Assembly: GCA_038227875.1 (NCBI GenBank)
Contig: JBBRPR010000007.1
Location: 1 to 64,000, forward strand
Source of the DNA: Planctomycetota bacterium
GTDB taxonomy: Bacteria; Planctomycetota; SZUA-567; H5-PLA8
Reading direction: 5' to 3'
Length of the DNA stretch: 64,000 bases
Shown here: positions 27,622-37,322 of the stretch, one piece after another
Layout of the letters: each line of letters begins with the position of its first letter
Numbering within the stretch: the stretch's first letter is position 1
Made by a program: the position numbers and the translations under genes
The notes under the pieces: generated by a model
What the model was told of the DNA's origin: nothing
What the model saw: only the letters and a program-made list of their open reading frames with translations
The model's database searches: none

Positions 27622-30222
27622 ATGCGGCGAATTGTTCGAGGCATGGTACTGAGCGTCGTGTTGGCGATGAATTATGCGGTGCCTGCGGCGACTACCTATT
27701 TTGTTGACCCGAGCGGTCTCGACACCGGCAACACGGGACTGTCCGGTTCGCCCTTCCGCGAGATTCGAAAAGCACTGACGAAAGTCGTCGCCGGCGACAC
27801 GGTATTAGTGAGCGATGGCCAGTACAAGGGCTTCGACGTCGACAATATTCACGGCACGCCGTCCAATCCAATCACGATTAAAGCGGTAGGAACGGGCGCC
27901 CTCGTCACTATCACCACCGACCGCTCCGACAATCGCGACACGATCTTTGTGACGAACACCTCAACCTATGTCGTGATTGACGGACTTCGTTCTTTCTCCG
28001 CCAATCGATCGGCGGTGCGCATTGACCAATGCGCATTCATCACGATACGCAACGGCGTCTTCGGCAACAATGCGACGTGGGGAATATTTACGGACTTCTC
28101 CGACAATCTTCTGCTGGAAGGCAACGAGTGCTATTCCAGCGGCACGCAGCACGGCATCTATGTCAGCAACACCTGTACTGGTGCGGTCGTGCGCGGAAAT
28201 CTGCTCCATGACAATTTCGCCAATGGTCTCCACATGAACGGAGACGTCAGCCAGGGCGGCGCAGGGATCATCACCAACGCGCTGGTCGAGAATAACATCA
28301 TTTACAGCAATGGAGCCGGCGGTGGCTCTGGAATCAATTGTGACGGCGTGCAGAACAGTGTCATCCGCAACAATCTGATCTACAGCGCGGGAGCCGCGGG
28401 AATTTCGCTGTACCAGACCGACGCTTCCGGTCCTGCGAAGAACAACCTCGTCGTCAACAACACGATTGAAGTTGCGGCCACCGGCAAGTGGTGCATGCAG
28501 ATTCATCGAAGTTTCGATCCGGGCGCGCTACCAAATACGGGAAATGTATTGTTCAACAATGTCTTCCTGACGCTACACGCCACTCGCGGCAGTATTCATA
28601 TCGACGACGCGAGCAATCTCACCGGACTGATCAGCGATTACAACATCCTCACTACTAACGCGCATTGCGTTACGACGGATGACGACACCACTAATCTCAC
28701 CCTCGCGCAGTGGAAGGCACTGAACTTCGATACACATTCGATCTCTTCGACCGAAGCCGCCGTCTTCGTCAATCCCTCTACGCACGACTATCACCTGAAG
28801 ACCGTCAGCACGGCGCTGAACATCGGCATCTCAACGTTAAGCAGCAACAACGCGCCAACGACGGATATCGAAGGCAATCCGCGTCCCTCCGGAGCGGGCT
28901 TCGATATTGGCGCGTACGAATTGCAACCGGTCGTGCTGACGATCAACACCGCCTCGCCGCTGGCCGCAGCGACGAAAGGTTCGCCGTACATCACGACGTT
29001 GAATGCGAGCGGCGGCACAAAACCCTATACGTGGACTGTCACCGGTGGAGCATTGCCCGCGGGATTAACACTGAGCAGCGCCGGAGTGATCAGCGGCACA
29101 CCGACGGGATCGGGCGCTGCAAGCTTCACGGTCACGGTGACCGACAATGTGGCGGCCACGGCGAACAAGACCTACAGTCTGACGGTCAACGTCGTCTCGA
29201 TCACGACGGCCTCTCCCCTCCCCGCCGGCACAGTCGGCACTGCGTACTCGAAAGCACTTATCGCCATCGGAGGAACGCAAACGTTTACATGGTCGGTGAC
29301 GGCGGGAGCACTTCCGGCAGGGTTGACGCTCTCGACGGGCGGCGTGCTTTCGGGAACGCCGACAACCGCGAGCACGGCCAACTTTACACTTCAAGCCAAG
29401 GACGGCGGCGGCGCAACGGCGACAGCGGTATTTGCGCTCACGATCAACGCATCGGGAGGATCCGGCGGAGGCACGCCGACGCCGCCGACCGTCACATCTC
29501 AGCCCAACGCGAGCACCTCGCCAGTAGTGGTCAATGTGCCGGTGACGTTCGGCGCGGGAGCCACTGACGTGGCAGGCGGCACGGTGACCTATGCGTGGGA
29601 TTTCGGCGATGGCACAACCGGATCTGGCGCAACTGTCACGCACATCTACACGACTCCGGGATCGTTCACGGTGACTGTGACAATGACCGGATCGAACGGT
29701 GGAGTTACCACTGCAACGCTACCGATCACTGTGGTTTCTGCCGGAGGAGGCGGCACACCGACCACAATTCCAATGACCATTTCAAAGTTACAAGGCGCGG
29801 CGAATTTCAAGCTCTCCGGCAAGGACAGTTGCTCGTTCAGTGGTGTGCTGCCGAATTTGCCAACGACATTCACATCCACATCAAAAGTTGTAGTGTTGAA
29901 TGTTGACGGTGTGAACGTCTCGTTCACTCTAGACGCCAAGGGCCGCGCCAAGTCGGTTCAAGGTTCGATGATGTTGAAGTTGAAGACCAAGCGCGACAAG
30001 GCGACGAAGAAGGTGAGCTTCATCGGCGGGAATGTTCCGTTCAGCGTGAAACTGACTAAAGGCACGTTCGCCGCGACGTGGAATTTTGATTCCAACACCA
30101 CGATTCTCAAGTCGAGCCTGGTGTTTCCAATCACGCTGCAGCTCGACGGCAACACCTATGCTGCCAGTGTGACGGCAAGTTACTCGTCGAAAGCAAAAAC
30201 GGCGGCAAAGTTCAAGAAGTAG
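27622..30222 (+). CDS. Secreted modular protein: right-handed beta-helix, two Ig-like (He_PIG) domains, PKD domain and basic C-terminal domain
   Basis: Signal peptide; HGIYVSN and NNIIYSNG repeats; DIGAYE; GALPAGLTLS twice; YAWDFGDG. Confidence 0.85.
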   Translation: MRRIVRGMVLSVVLAMNYAVPAATTYFVDPSGLDTGNTGLSGSPFREIRKALTKVVAGDTVLVSDGQYKGFDVDNIHGTPSNPITIKAVGTGALVTITTDRSDNRDTIFVTNTSTYVVIDGLRSFSANRSAVRIDQCAFITIRNGVFGNNATWGIFTDFSDNLLLEGNECYSSGTQHGIYVSNTCTGAVVRGNLLHDNFANGLHMNGDVSQGGAGIITNALVENNIIYSNGAGGGSGINCDGVQNSVIRNNLIYSAGAAGISLYQTDASGPAKNNLVVNNTIEVAATGKWCMQIHRSFDPGALPNTGNVLFNNVFLTLHATRGSIHIDDASNLTGLISDYNILTTNAHCVTTDDDTTNLTLAQWKALNFDTHSISSTEAAVFVNPSTHDYHLKTVSTALNIGISTLSSNNAPTTDIEGNPRPSGAGFDIGAYELQPVVLTINTASPLAAATKGSPYITTLNASGGTKPYTWTVTGGALPAGLTLSSAGVISGTPTGSGAASFTVTVTDNVAATANKTYSLTVNVVSITTASPLPAGTVGTAYSKALIAIGGTQTFTWSVTAGALPAGLTLSTGGVLSGTPTTASTANFTLQAKDGGGATATAVFALTINASGGSGGGTPTPPTVTSQPNASTSPVVVNVPVTFGAGATDVAGGTVTYAWDFGDGTTGSGATVTHIYTTPGSFTVTVTMTGSNGGVTTATLPITVVSAGGGGTPTTIPMTISKLQGAANFKLSGKDSCSFSGVLPNLPTTFTSTSKVVVLNVDGVNVSFTLDAKGRAKSVQGSMMLKLKTKRDKATKKVSFIGGNVPFSVKLTKGTFAATWNFDSNTTILKSSLVFPITLQLDGNTYAASVTASYSSKAKTAAKFKK

Positions 30223-31006
30223 CGGTCTTGACCGTGTTGCGCAGCGCGCCGATGCCTTCGATCTCCACCACGACGTCGTCGCCGGGCTTGAGCCACACCG
30301 GCGGCTTTTTTGCGAACCCACAGCCAGCCGGAGTACCCGTCAGGATCACCGTGCCAGGCTGCAGCGTGAAACAGCGCGAGAGATAGCTGATCAGAAACGG
30401 CACGCTGAAAATCATCATCGACGTCCGCGCGTCCTGCATCACCGTGTTGTTCAAGCGCAGGGAAATCTTGAGATCGGCTGGCGAGACGGCAGTATCAATC
30501 CACGGACCCAGCGGCGCAAACGTATCGAACGACTTGCCGCGCGCCCACTGTGGATCGTTGCGCTGGCAGTCGCGGGCGCTCACATCATTGGCGCAGGTGT
30601 AGCCGAAGACATATTTCAGCGCGTCCGCTTCACTGACCTGCTTGGCGGTCTTGCCGATGACCACGGCGAGCTCCGCTTCGTAGTCAACGGCTTCCGGCGC
30701 CATCTCCGGCAGCACGATCGCTTCGCCCGCGGCGATGATCGTGGTCGTCGCCTTCAAGAACACAATCGGCGCTTTGGGCGGCACATCGTTGCCTTCTTTG
30801 GCGTGCTCAACGTAGTTGCGGCCAATGGCGATCAGGTTGGGCGGGATGATCGGCGCGAGCAGCTTCGCCTGCTTCAGCGGAACTGTGGCGCCACCGGATT
30901 TCTTCACTGCTTCAATCGGGTTGCCGTCGAGCGGCACGATGGCATCGCCCTCTACAATTCCGTACTGCGGCTGGTGGACTGAGTTTTCAAAACGAACGAT
31001 GCGCAT
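30212..31006 (-). CDS. Fumarylacetoacetate hydrolase-family protein
   Basis: IGRNYVEH, DYEAELAVVIG, NDVSARD, GKSFDTFAPLGP, ILTGTPAG. Confidence 0.93.
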   Translation of the reverse strand: MRIVRFENSVHQPQYGIVEGDAIVPLDGNPIEAVKKSGGATVPLKQAKLLAPIIPPNLIAIGRNYVEHAKEGNDVPPKAPIVFLKATTTIIAAGEAIVLPEMAPEAVDYEAELAVVIGKTAKQVSEADALKYVFGYTCANDVSARDCQRNDPQWARGKSFDTFAPLGPWIDTAVSPADLKISLRLNNTVMQDARTSMMIFSVPFLISYLSRCFTLQPGTVILTGTPAGCGFAKKPPVWLKPGDDVVVEIEGIGALRNTVKTATS

Positions 31007-31022
31007 CGCAATGTCTCCAGAA

Positions 31023-31850
31023 TTATTTTGCTTCGGTCTTCGAAATCGTAAATGGTTCACCGTGTTTCGGCAAACGGTACGCGTTACCGATGCCTTCCAC
31101 TTTCAGGTTTGTGTGGAAAATTTCCGGCGGAATCGAATTGCATGGAAAAAGATCGTAGTGGCACGGAATGACATACTTAACGCCGAGCTGACACGCCAGT
31201 CGCGCGGCCTCGCCGGGTCCCATGTTGCGGAACGCCGGATTGATTACCGTCACCATCGCGTCCGGCTTATGCGGCTCAATGGAGATGCGCAGAATGTCGT
31301 GATAGCCCGTGTCGCCGGTGAAGTAGACCGTCGGGCCGTCTTTGATGGACGCGAGATAGCCGATGTGCGTGAGGTCATCGCCCCCGAACGGAATCGCGAA
31401 CGTCGCGCGCAAAGTCACATCGCCGACCGTGACGGATTTGTTCGGCCAGACCATTGTGATGTCCTTGGCCGATACATCGAGCGATTGCAATTTCTCCACT
31501 GCTTCAGCCGGAGCGAAATACGGTCCGTGTCCGCCCGCGCGCTGATACGCCGCCAGCGTTTCAGGGTCGAGATGATCCTGATGCGTGTGCGTCAATACAT
31601 ACGCGTCGATACCATTCATTTCCCCGCCCGTGAGCGGCGGCGGCGTGCGGCGCTTCATGTCGAAATCCGGCGAGAGCGTGCTGCAACTGTCAGAGAGATA
31701 CGGATCGAGCGCGATGATTTTTCCACCGGGCGTTTTGAAAATCCAACTGGCCTGGCCAAGCCACCAGAGCGTGATCGCACCCTTCGGCACCGAGTACGCA
31801 CGCAGTTCCTTCATCGTCATCGTCGACATAGTGGAATTCTCTCCCTTCAT
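31023..31850 (-). CDS. MBL-fold metallohydrolase, UlaG-like lactonase
   Basis: WWLGQAS, DPYLSD, THTHQDHLD, YFTGDT, IPCHYDLF. Confidence 0.85.
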   Translation of the reverse strand: MKGENSTMSTMTMKELRAYSVPKGAITLWWLGQASWIFKTPGGKIIALDPYLSDSCSTLSPDFDMKRRTPPPLTGGEMNGIDAYVLTHTHQDHLDPETLAAYQRAGGHGPYFAPAEAVEKLQSLDVSAKDITMVWPNKSVTVGDVTLRATFAIPFGGDDLTHIGYLASIKDGPTVYFTGDTGYHDILRISIEPHKPDAMVTVINPAFRNMGPGEAARLACQLGVKYVIPCHYDLFPCNSIPPEIFHTNLKVEGIGNAYRLPKHGEPFTISKTEAK

Positions 31851-32677
31851 ACCAGCAGCGCCGCAGGCTGTTCCAGAACGCGGATGATCGCGCCAAGGAA
31901 TTCCGCGCCGGGCGCGCCGTCGTGAACGCGGTGATCAAGCGCCAGCGACACGCGCATCGTCTGGCGCAGTTCCAGTGTGTCATTTACGACGAACGGCCGC
32001 GGAGCGATGCGGCCAACCCCAAGAATCATACTTTGCCCGGTGGGAATGATCGCGTCAAACTCGTCGACGCGTGAATTGCCAAGATTGCTCAGGGAGATCG
32101 ACGCGCGATGCGTCGAAAGTCGTTTGCGCAGGTCGCCATCCTGCTGCAACGCAATACGTTCGCGAGCGACGTCGACGATGCTCCGCGCCGCAGAATTGCC
32201 GATGACGGGAATCATCAGCCCATCCTCCAGCCCAACGACCAACCCAACACTGGCGTTCGGCAACGCAAGCAGCGCATTGTTTTCCCAGATGGCGTTATTG
32301 CGCGGGATTTCCTGCAGCGCCAACGCAATCGCGCGCACGAGAAAATCCGTGTACGTGATTTTCACGCCGTCGCGCTTTTCAATGTTCGCGACGATCTGCT
32401 TGCGCGTGTCCACGAGCGCCGAGACATCAACTTCCGCGCGCAGATAGAAATGCGGAATGGTTACCGCGCTCTCCGTTGTCCGCTGCGCGATCGTTTGCCG
32501 CATACTGGACGTGGTGCCGTTGGCAGCAGGAGCACGCCGGGAAAACGCGATCACGTCAGCTTCAACGACGCGACCGTTCGGACCGGAGCCCGTAACGCGG
32601 GCACCTTCAAGGCCGAGTTGACGTAATGCACGGCGCGCGCGTGGAGTGGCGGCGAATCGAGTCGACAGGTCACGCAT
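31847..32677 (-). CDS. 2-oxoacid dehydrogenase E2 (binding and catalytic domains, no lipoyl domain)
   Basis: ATPRARR...GSGPNGRV binding domain; IPHFYL, SNLG, DHRVHDG. Confidence 0.88.
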   Translation of the reverse strand: MRDLSTRFAATPRARRALRQLGLEGARVTGSGPNGRVVEADVIAFSRRAPAANGTTSSMRQTIAQRTTESAVTIPHFYLRAEVDVSALVDTRKQIVANIEKRDGVKITYTDFLVRAIALALQEIPRNNAIWENNALLALPNASVGLVVGLEDGLMIPVIGNSAARSIVDVARERIALQQDGDLRKRLSTHRASISLSNLGNSRVDEFDAIIPTGQSMILGVGRIAPRPFVVNDTLELRQTMRVSLALDHRVHDGAPGAEFLGAIIRVLEQPAALLV

Positions 32678-35084
32678 GTTTTCCCTTCCGCACCGTGCCC
32701 ACGTGTGCGCCAAGTTTCACCACCGCGCCTTCCTGCGCGAGAATTTCCATCAGCACTCCGCTGGCCGGCGCTTCGACCTGGACGACGGACTTCTCCGTCT
32801 CGATTTCCAAAATCGCATCTCCACTTTTCACCGATTGCCCGACCGCCACGAGCCACTTCACGATCTTGGCCTCGGTAATCGTCAGATCGCCGTGGGGAAT
32901 AGTGACCGCTTCGCAACCTTCAAGACTGGTCGCGGGTGCCGCGGGAGTTGCAGCCGCCGCTTTGGAAGATGGTTTCGATTCCGGCTGCGCGGGCGCCAAG
33001 GCACTGCGCACCCCAGCCTTCACGCGGCGTGCGATCGGCGCGCGACCGGCGAGAATCTCATGTGCGCCGTGGACGATCTTGTCCGTCGTTACGATCACCT
33101 CGCGTTCCAGAATGGCACTGAGCGGATGCGTGGACGCGGCCGTATGCAGGCGGCCGACGGGCGCATCAAGATCATCGAAGCAGTGCTCCATCACGACTGC
33201 AGCGATTTCGCCGCCGACACCGCACATGGCATGGCCTTCGTCAACGACGAGGATGCGGCCGGTCTTCTTGACGCTCGTCGCGATTGTTTCAACATCCAAC
33301 GGCACAATCGTACGCAGGTCGATCACTTCGCATGAAATGTTTTCTTTCGCCAGGGCTTCCGCCGCTTCAAGCGACCGATGGAGCAATAAACCACTGGAGA
33401 CTATTGTCAGGTCTGTCCCCGTGCGGGCAATCCGCGCGACGCCGAACGGCACGCAATGCTCTCCGACCGGAACTTCGCCCTTCATTCCGAAAAGCGATTT
33501 ATGTTCGAGAAAAATCACCGGGTCGTTGGCGCGCAACGCCGTCTTCATCAGCCCTTTTGCATCAGCGGGCGTCGACGGAACGGCGACGATCAGTCCCGGC
33601 ACCTGCGCCCAGATCGGATGGTACGTGCCGCTGTGATGCGGACCGGCGGTCTTGATTTCACCCGACCCGGCGAGCACGACCATCGGCACGCGCATCTGCC
33701 CGTTGCTCATGTAGCGCAGTTTCGACGCTTGATGAATGATCTGGCTGGCCGCCTCGAAGAGAAAATCAGCGAACATCAAATCCGCTACCGCACGGCAGCC
33801 GGTCGCCGCCGCGCCGATGGAGGCTCCAGTAAAACCCAGTTCGCTGATCGGCGTATCAATGACGCGGTGACCGCCAAACTCCGCCCACAAGCCTTTGGAT
33901 TGCGCGAAACTGCCGCCGCGCTCACCAATGCCTTCGCCGAAATAAATAATGTGCCCGTCTTTGCGCATTTCCTCCGCCACACCATCGCGGACAGCTTCCA
34001 GCCAGCCTTGTGTGACGGTCTTGGAGCCTGGTGCCGCCTCGCGGCAATTTTCGGGATTGATCGGCTCCGCGTAGACGTGGTCGCCAAACGTCTCAGCTTT
34101 TGGGTCCGGTGAGTTCTGCCCGAACTCCGAGGCTTCAGTGATAATCTTCTCGATTTTCGCGTCGATGGCATCGAACTCCGACTCTTCCGCCACGCCAAAA
34201 TCATTTACCAGACGCGAGCGGAACGACGCGATTGGGTCACGCAACTTCCACGTCTCCAGTTCTTCCTTCGAACGGTACGTGCCGCAGACCGGATCGCCTT
34301 CGTGATGTCCGACGGTGCGATATGTCCGCGATTCGATTAGCGTCGGCCCGTGTCCCGCGCGCGCGTGCTCGACGGCCTTCTTGGCTGCCGCCCAGACGGC
34401 GAGCACATCGTTGCCGTCGACGGCGATGGACGGAATGCCGTAGGCGGCGCCTTTGCTGGCGACGTCCGTGTTCTTCGTCGCCATCGCCAGCGGAGTGGCC
34501 GTGGCGTAGAGATTATTCTCGCAGACGAACACAATCGGCGCATTTTGAATCGTGGCGAGATTGACGGACTCGTGGAACGCGCCGTGATTCACCGCGCCAT
34601 CGCCGAAGAAAGCGACGCTGACGCCCTTGGTCTTGCGCACCGACGCGCTGATCGCCGCGCCGACCGCCGACGGAATGCCGCCGCCCACAATTCCATTCGT
34701 GCCGAACAAACCGCTCGCCTTGTCGTACAGATGCATGCTGCCGCCACGACCACCGCAGCAACCGGTGACCTTGCCGTTGATCTCGGCCATCAGCGCCTTG
34801 GGCGACGCGCCTTTCGCCAGCGCGTGTCCATGACCGCGGTGCGTACTGGTGACCCAGTCGTCGGAATTCAAATGCGCGCACACGCCGACGGCGGTCGCCT
34901 CTTCACCGATGTAGAGATGAAGAAATCCGGGGAGCTTACCGTTTCGGTTGAGCACCTGCGCTGTCAGTTCAAACCGGCGCAGCAGCACCATCTGTTCGTA
35001 GAGTTTCAGCAGCGCTTCTTTGGACTGCAGCAATTCCTGGGGGGCGTGTGCAGGGGGCACAGCCACGGGCGAACTCGTCGGCAT
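32670..35084 (-). CDS. Fused TPP-dependent dehydrogenase E1alpha-E1beta with C-terminal lipoyl domain
   Basis: THRGHGH, GDGA...ENN TPP motif; DTPISELGF, EHK; lipoyl motif EIETEKSVVQVEAP. Confidence 0.92.
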   Translation of the reverse strand: MPTSSPVAVPPAHAPQELLQSKEALLKLYEQMVLLRRFELTAQVLNRNGKLPGFLHLYIGEEATAVGVCAHLNSDDWVTSTHRGHGHALAKGASPKALMAEINGKVTGCCGGRGGSMHLYDKASGLFGTNGIVGGGIPSAVGAAISASVRKTKGVSVAFFGDGAVNHGAFHESVNLATIQNAPIVFVCENNLYATATPLAMATKNTDVASKGAAYGIPSIAVDGNDVLAVWAAAKKAVEHARAGHGPTLIESRTYRTVGHHEGDPVCGTYRSKEELETWKLRDPIASFRSRLVNDFGVAEESEFDAIDAKIEKIITEASEFGQNSPDPKAETFGDHVYAEPINPENCREAAPGSKTVTQGWLEAVRDGVAEEMRKDGHIIYFGEGIGERGGSFAQSKGLWAEFGGHRVIDTPISELGFTGASIGAAATGCRAVADLMFADFLFEAASQIIHQASKLRYMSNGQMRVPMVVLAGSGEIKTAGPHHSGTYHPIWAQVPGLIVAVPSTPADAKGLMKTALRANDPVIFLEHKSLFGMKGEVPVGEHCVPFGVARIARTGTDLTIVSSGLLLHRSLEAAEALAKENISCEVIDLRTIVPLDVETIATSVKKTGRILVVDEGHAMCGVGGEIAAVVMEHCFDDLDAPVGRLHTAASTHPLSAILEREVIVTTDKIVHGAHEILAGRAPIARRVKAGVRSALAPAQPESKPSSKAAAATPAAPATSLEGCEAVTIPHGDLTITEAKIVKWLVAVGQSVKSGDAILEIETEKSVVQVEAPASGVLMEILAQEGAVVKLGAHVGTVRKGKHA

Positions 35085-35117
35085 CGGTCGCAATCTCCTC
35101 TGAAGTATAGTCGAATA

Positions 35118-36194
35118 TCAGCGACGCAACGCGTCGAGGTCGAGCTTCAATTCATCGCACAACTCGCGCAAACTCAACACCACGTCGGCCGGCAACACAA
35201 TCCCGTCGCGCAACGCGCGGTCGCGGGTGTCCCATTCACGTTCGCCGGGCATCAGGATGCGGTCTTTGGAAGTGCGCGTCGGCGACGCTTTGATGCGCGC
35301 GGCCATTGCTTCGGCGCGCGACTGGTACTGATCCATCGGCATCATTTTTTCGACATCGATCGCGATGAACGCCGCGCCATGTCCGGTAGGCGTCGCCACA
35401 TTGTCGATTTTCCAACGCAGCACATCGGCAAGCATCGAAGCGCCAGGCATCACGGCCGCGAGTGTCTCGACCACGATGGCCATGCCGTAGCCCTTGTATC
35501 CGGCCATCGGCGAAAGCGATCCGCCATTCACGAATGCAGCCGGGTCGCTGGATGGATTGCCGTCCATGTCGACGACCCAGTCCGGCGGAATCGGCTTACC
35601 GTTAATGTGTGCCGCAGAAACCTTGCCGCCGGCCACGGTGCTCAACGCCATGTCCAGCACGATCGGCTTGCGGGGGCTCATGGGAATCGCAAAGGCCAGT
35701 GGGTTGTTGCCGGTCACGCGGCCACGCGCACCGGGAGCGTTCATCGACGGCGCATCATTGGCCATGGCGACGCCGAACATATTCTGCTCGGCGGCCATCG
35801 TAGCGTAGTAACCGGCAGCACCAAAGTGGCACGTGTTGAACACGCCGACATAAGCGATGCCACACTGCCTGGCCTTGGCGATGGCAATCTCCATCGCGCG
35901 CACCGACGTGACCATCGCGACGGAATTCTGCCCGTCGACGCGCGCCCACGCCGGACCTTCAGCCACGATGGTCGGAACGCCGCGCGGATTCAACCCGCCC
36001 GCGATCAAGCGCTGAATGTAGCGGTGCAAACTGTTGACGCCGTGCGTGAAAACGCCCCACGTGTCGGTCGTCACCAGCACCTGCGCCGTCGTGCGCGCAT
36101 CGGCGGCGGAAAGCCCCGCCTTCTTCAGCGCATCCACGGTGAAGGCTTCGAGCGCTTCGGCACTGACGGTCAATTCGGATAATGTCGAGTTCAC
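35118..36194 (-). CDS. Ldh_2-family oxidoreductase (AllD/YiaK/ComC-like)
   Basis: GVFTHG, HFGAAGYY, GNNPLAFA, LDMALS, GYKGYG, MPGERE. Confidence 0.9.
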   Translation of the reverse strand: MNSTLSELTVSAEALEAFTVDALKKAGLSAADARTTAQVLVTTDTWGVFTHGVNSLHRYIQRLIAGGLNPRGVPTIVAEGPAWARVDGQNSVAMVTSVRAMEIAIAKARQCGIAYVGVFNTCHFGAAGYYATMAAEQNMFGVAMANDAPSMNAPGARGRVTGNNPLAFAIPMSPRKPIVLDMALSTVAGGKVSAAHINGKPIPPDWVVDMDGNPSSDPAAFVNGGSLSPMAGYKGYGMAIVVETLAAVMPGASMLADVLRWKIDNVATPTGHGAAFIAIDVEKMMPMDQYQSRAEAMAARIKASPTRTSKDRILMPGEREWDTRDRALRDGIVLPADVVLSLRELCDELKLDLDALRR

Positions 36195-36301
36195 GGCAAT
36201 CTCCTAAAATTTGCGGGGCAGTCCGTTAAAAAGTCGTTTCAGCCAAGAGTTCCGGGAAACGCCTGGCTGTTGAGGCGTTTCCCGGCGTAGCCCATGGGTT
36301 A

Positions 36302-37282
36302 TCAACGGACTGCCATCGCTTCGGGTCTAACACCATTGACGATGCTGATGAGCGGCTGGCCCTTGATGTGTCGGACAATGTGTGCCGCGACCCCTTCCCG
36401 CAGCAACCGCGACGCGGTGGGCGTCGCCGATGCATTGTGCGGCGTGAGAATAACGTTCGGCATCTGGCGAACAGGATGGTCGGCGGGAATCGGTTCTGGA
36501 TCGAAAACGTCGAGACCGGCACCCAGTAAATGTCCGCTCTTCAACGCGCTGACCAGGTCGTTGCTGTCCACCAGATCGCCACGCGCAACATTAACGAGCA
36601 ATGACCCACGTTTCATCTTTGCAAACGACGACGCATTCATGATTTTTCGCGTCGACGCCAGGCTTGGGCAGTGCAGCGAAATGATGTCGCTGTGCGTGAG
36701 CAGTTCGTCGAGCGTCGACGGAATATACCCTTGCGATTGAATCGCATCGGCAGGCACCCCTGGATCAAAAACGCGAATCGCACACTTGAAGCCCCTTAAC
36801 CGCGCGCAGACTTCCCGTCCGATGCGGCCGAAGCCCAGGACGCCGACAGTCTGCTCCTTCAACGCGCGGTAGCTGGTGAGCGGAACATCCACGCCTTTGT
36901 TTGCGTGCATCGCGACACTCGCCGGCTGGATCTGACGCGAAAGCGACAGCAGCAGAGCGAGCGTGTGGTCGGCGACCTCGTCGATGCAATAGTCCGGCAC
37001 ATTGCAGACGGGAATCCCCTTCTCTTTCGCGGCGGCGAGGTCAACGTTGTCGACGCCGATGCCGTAACGCGCGATCAGCTTCGCGTTTTTCATCGCGCCG
37101 ATGACGCTCGCGTCCACGCGCGCAAACTGCGTGATGACGAAATCCGCCTCGCGCGTGAGCTCGATCAACTCCGCGGCCGTCTTGCACTGCAGGCCAACGA
37201 CGCTGCAGCCCAGCGGCTTGAGCATCGCCTCTTCGACCTGGAGATCGGGAAACGTGTAATCCGTGACGACAACTGTTGGCAT
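36302..37282 (-). CDS. D-2-hydroxyacid dehydrogenase (SerA/CtBP-like)
   Basis: RYGIGVDNVD, GFGRIG, NVARG, LDVFDPEP, TPHNA. Confidence 0.92.
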   Translation of the reverse strand: MPTVVVTDYTFPDLQVEEAMLKPLGCSVVGLQCKTAAELIELTREADFVITQFARVDASVIGAMKNAKLIARYGIGVDNVDLAAAKEKGIPVCNVPDYCIDEVADHTLALLLSLSRQIQPASVAMHANKGVDVPLTSYRALKEQTVGVLGFGRIGREVCARLRGFKCAIRVFDPGVPADAIQSQGYIPSTLDELLTHSDIISLHCPSLASTRKIMNASSFAKMKRGSLLVNVARGDLVDSNDLVSALKSGHLLGAGLDVFDPEPIPADHPVRQMPNVILTPHNASATPTASRLLREGVAAHIVRHIKGQPLISIVNGVRPEAMAVR

Positions 37283-37322
37283 GGGGGATTCCTTTGGGGG
37301 AAATCGGGAAACTTCAATACGT

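Noticed and set aside
32670..32690. G_GGA_AAA slippery site suggesting a -1 frameshift joining E1-lipoyl to E2
   Set aside because: E2 is in the +1 frame relative to E1, and the purine run works as the SD for ATG 32677.
34350..36182. Long antisense ORFs (also 13477-14433, 17606-18805, 45603-46820, 52124-53293)
   Set aside because: Shadow ORFs opposite well-supported genes in GC-rich DNA, with no recognisable motifs.
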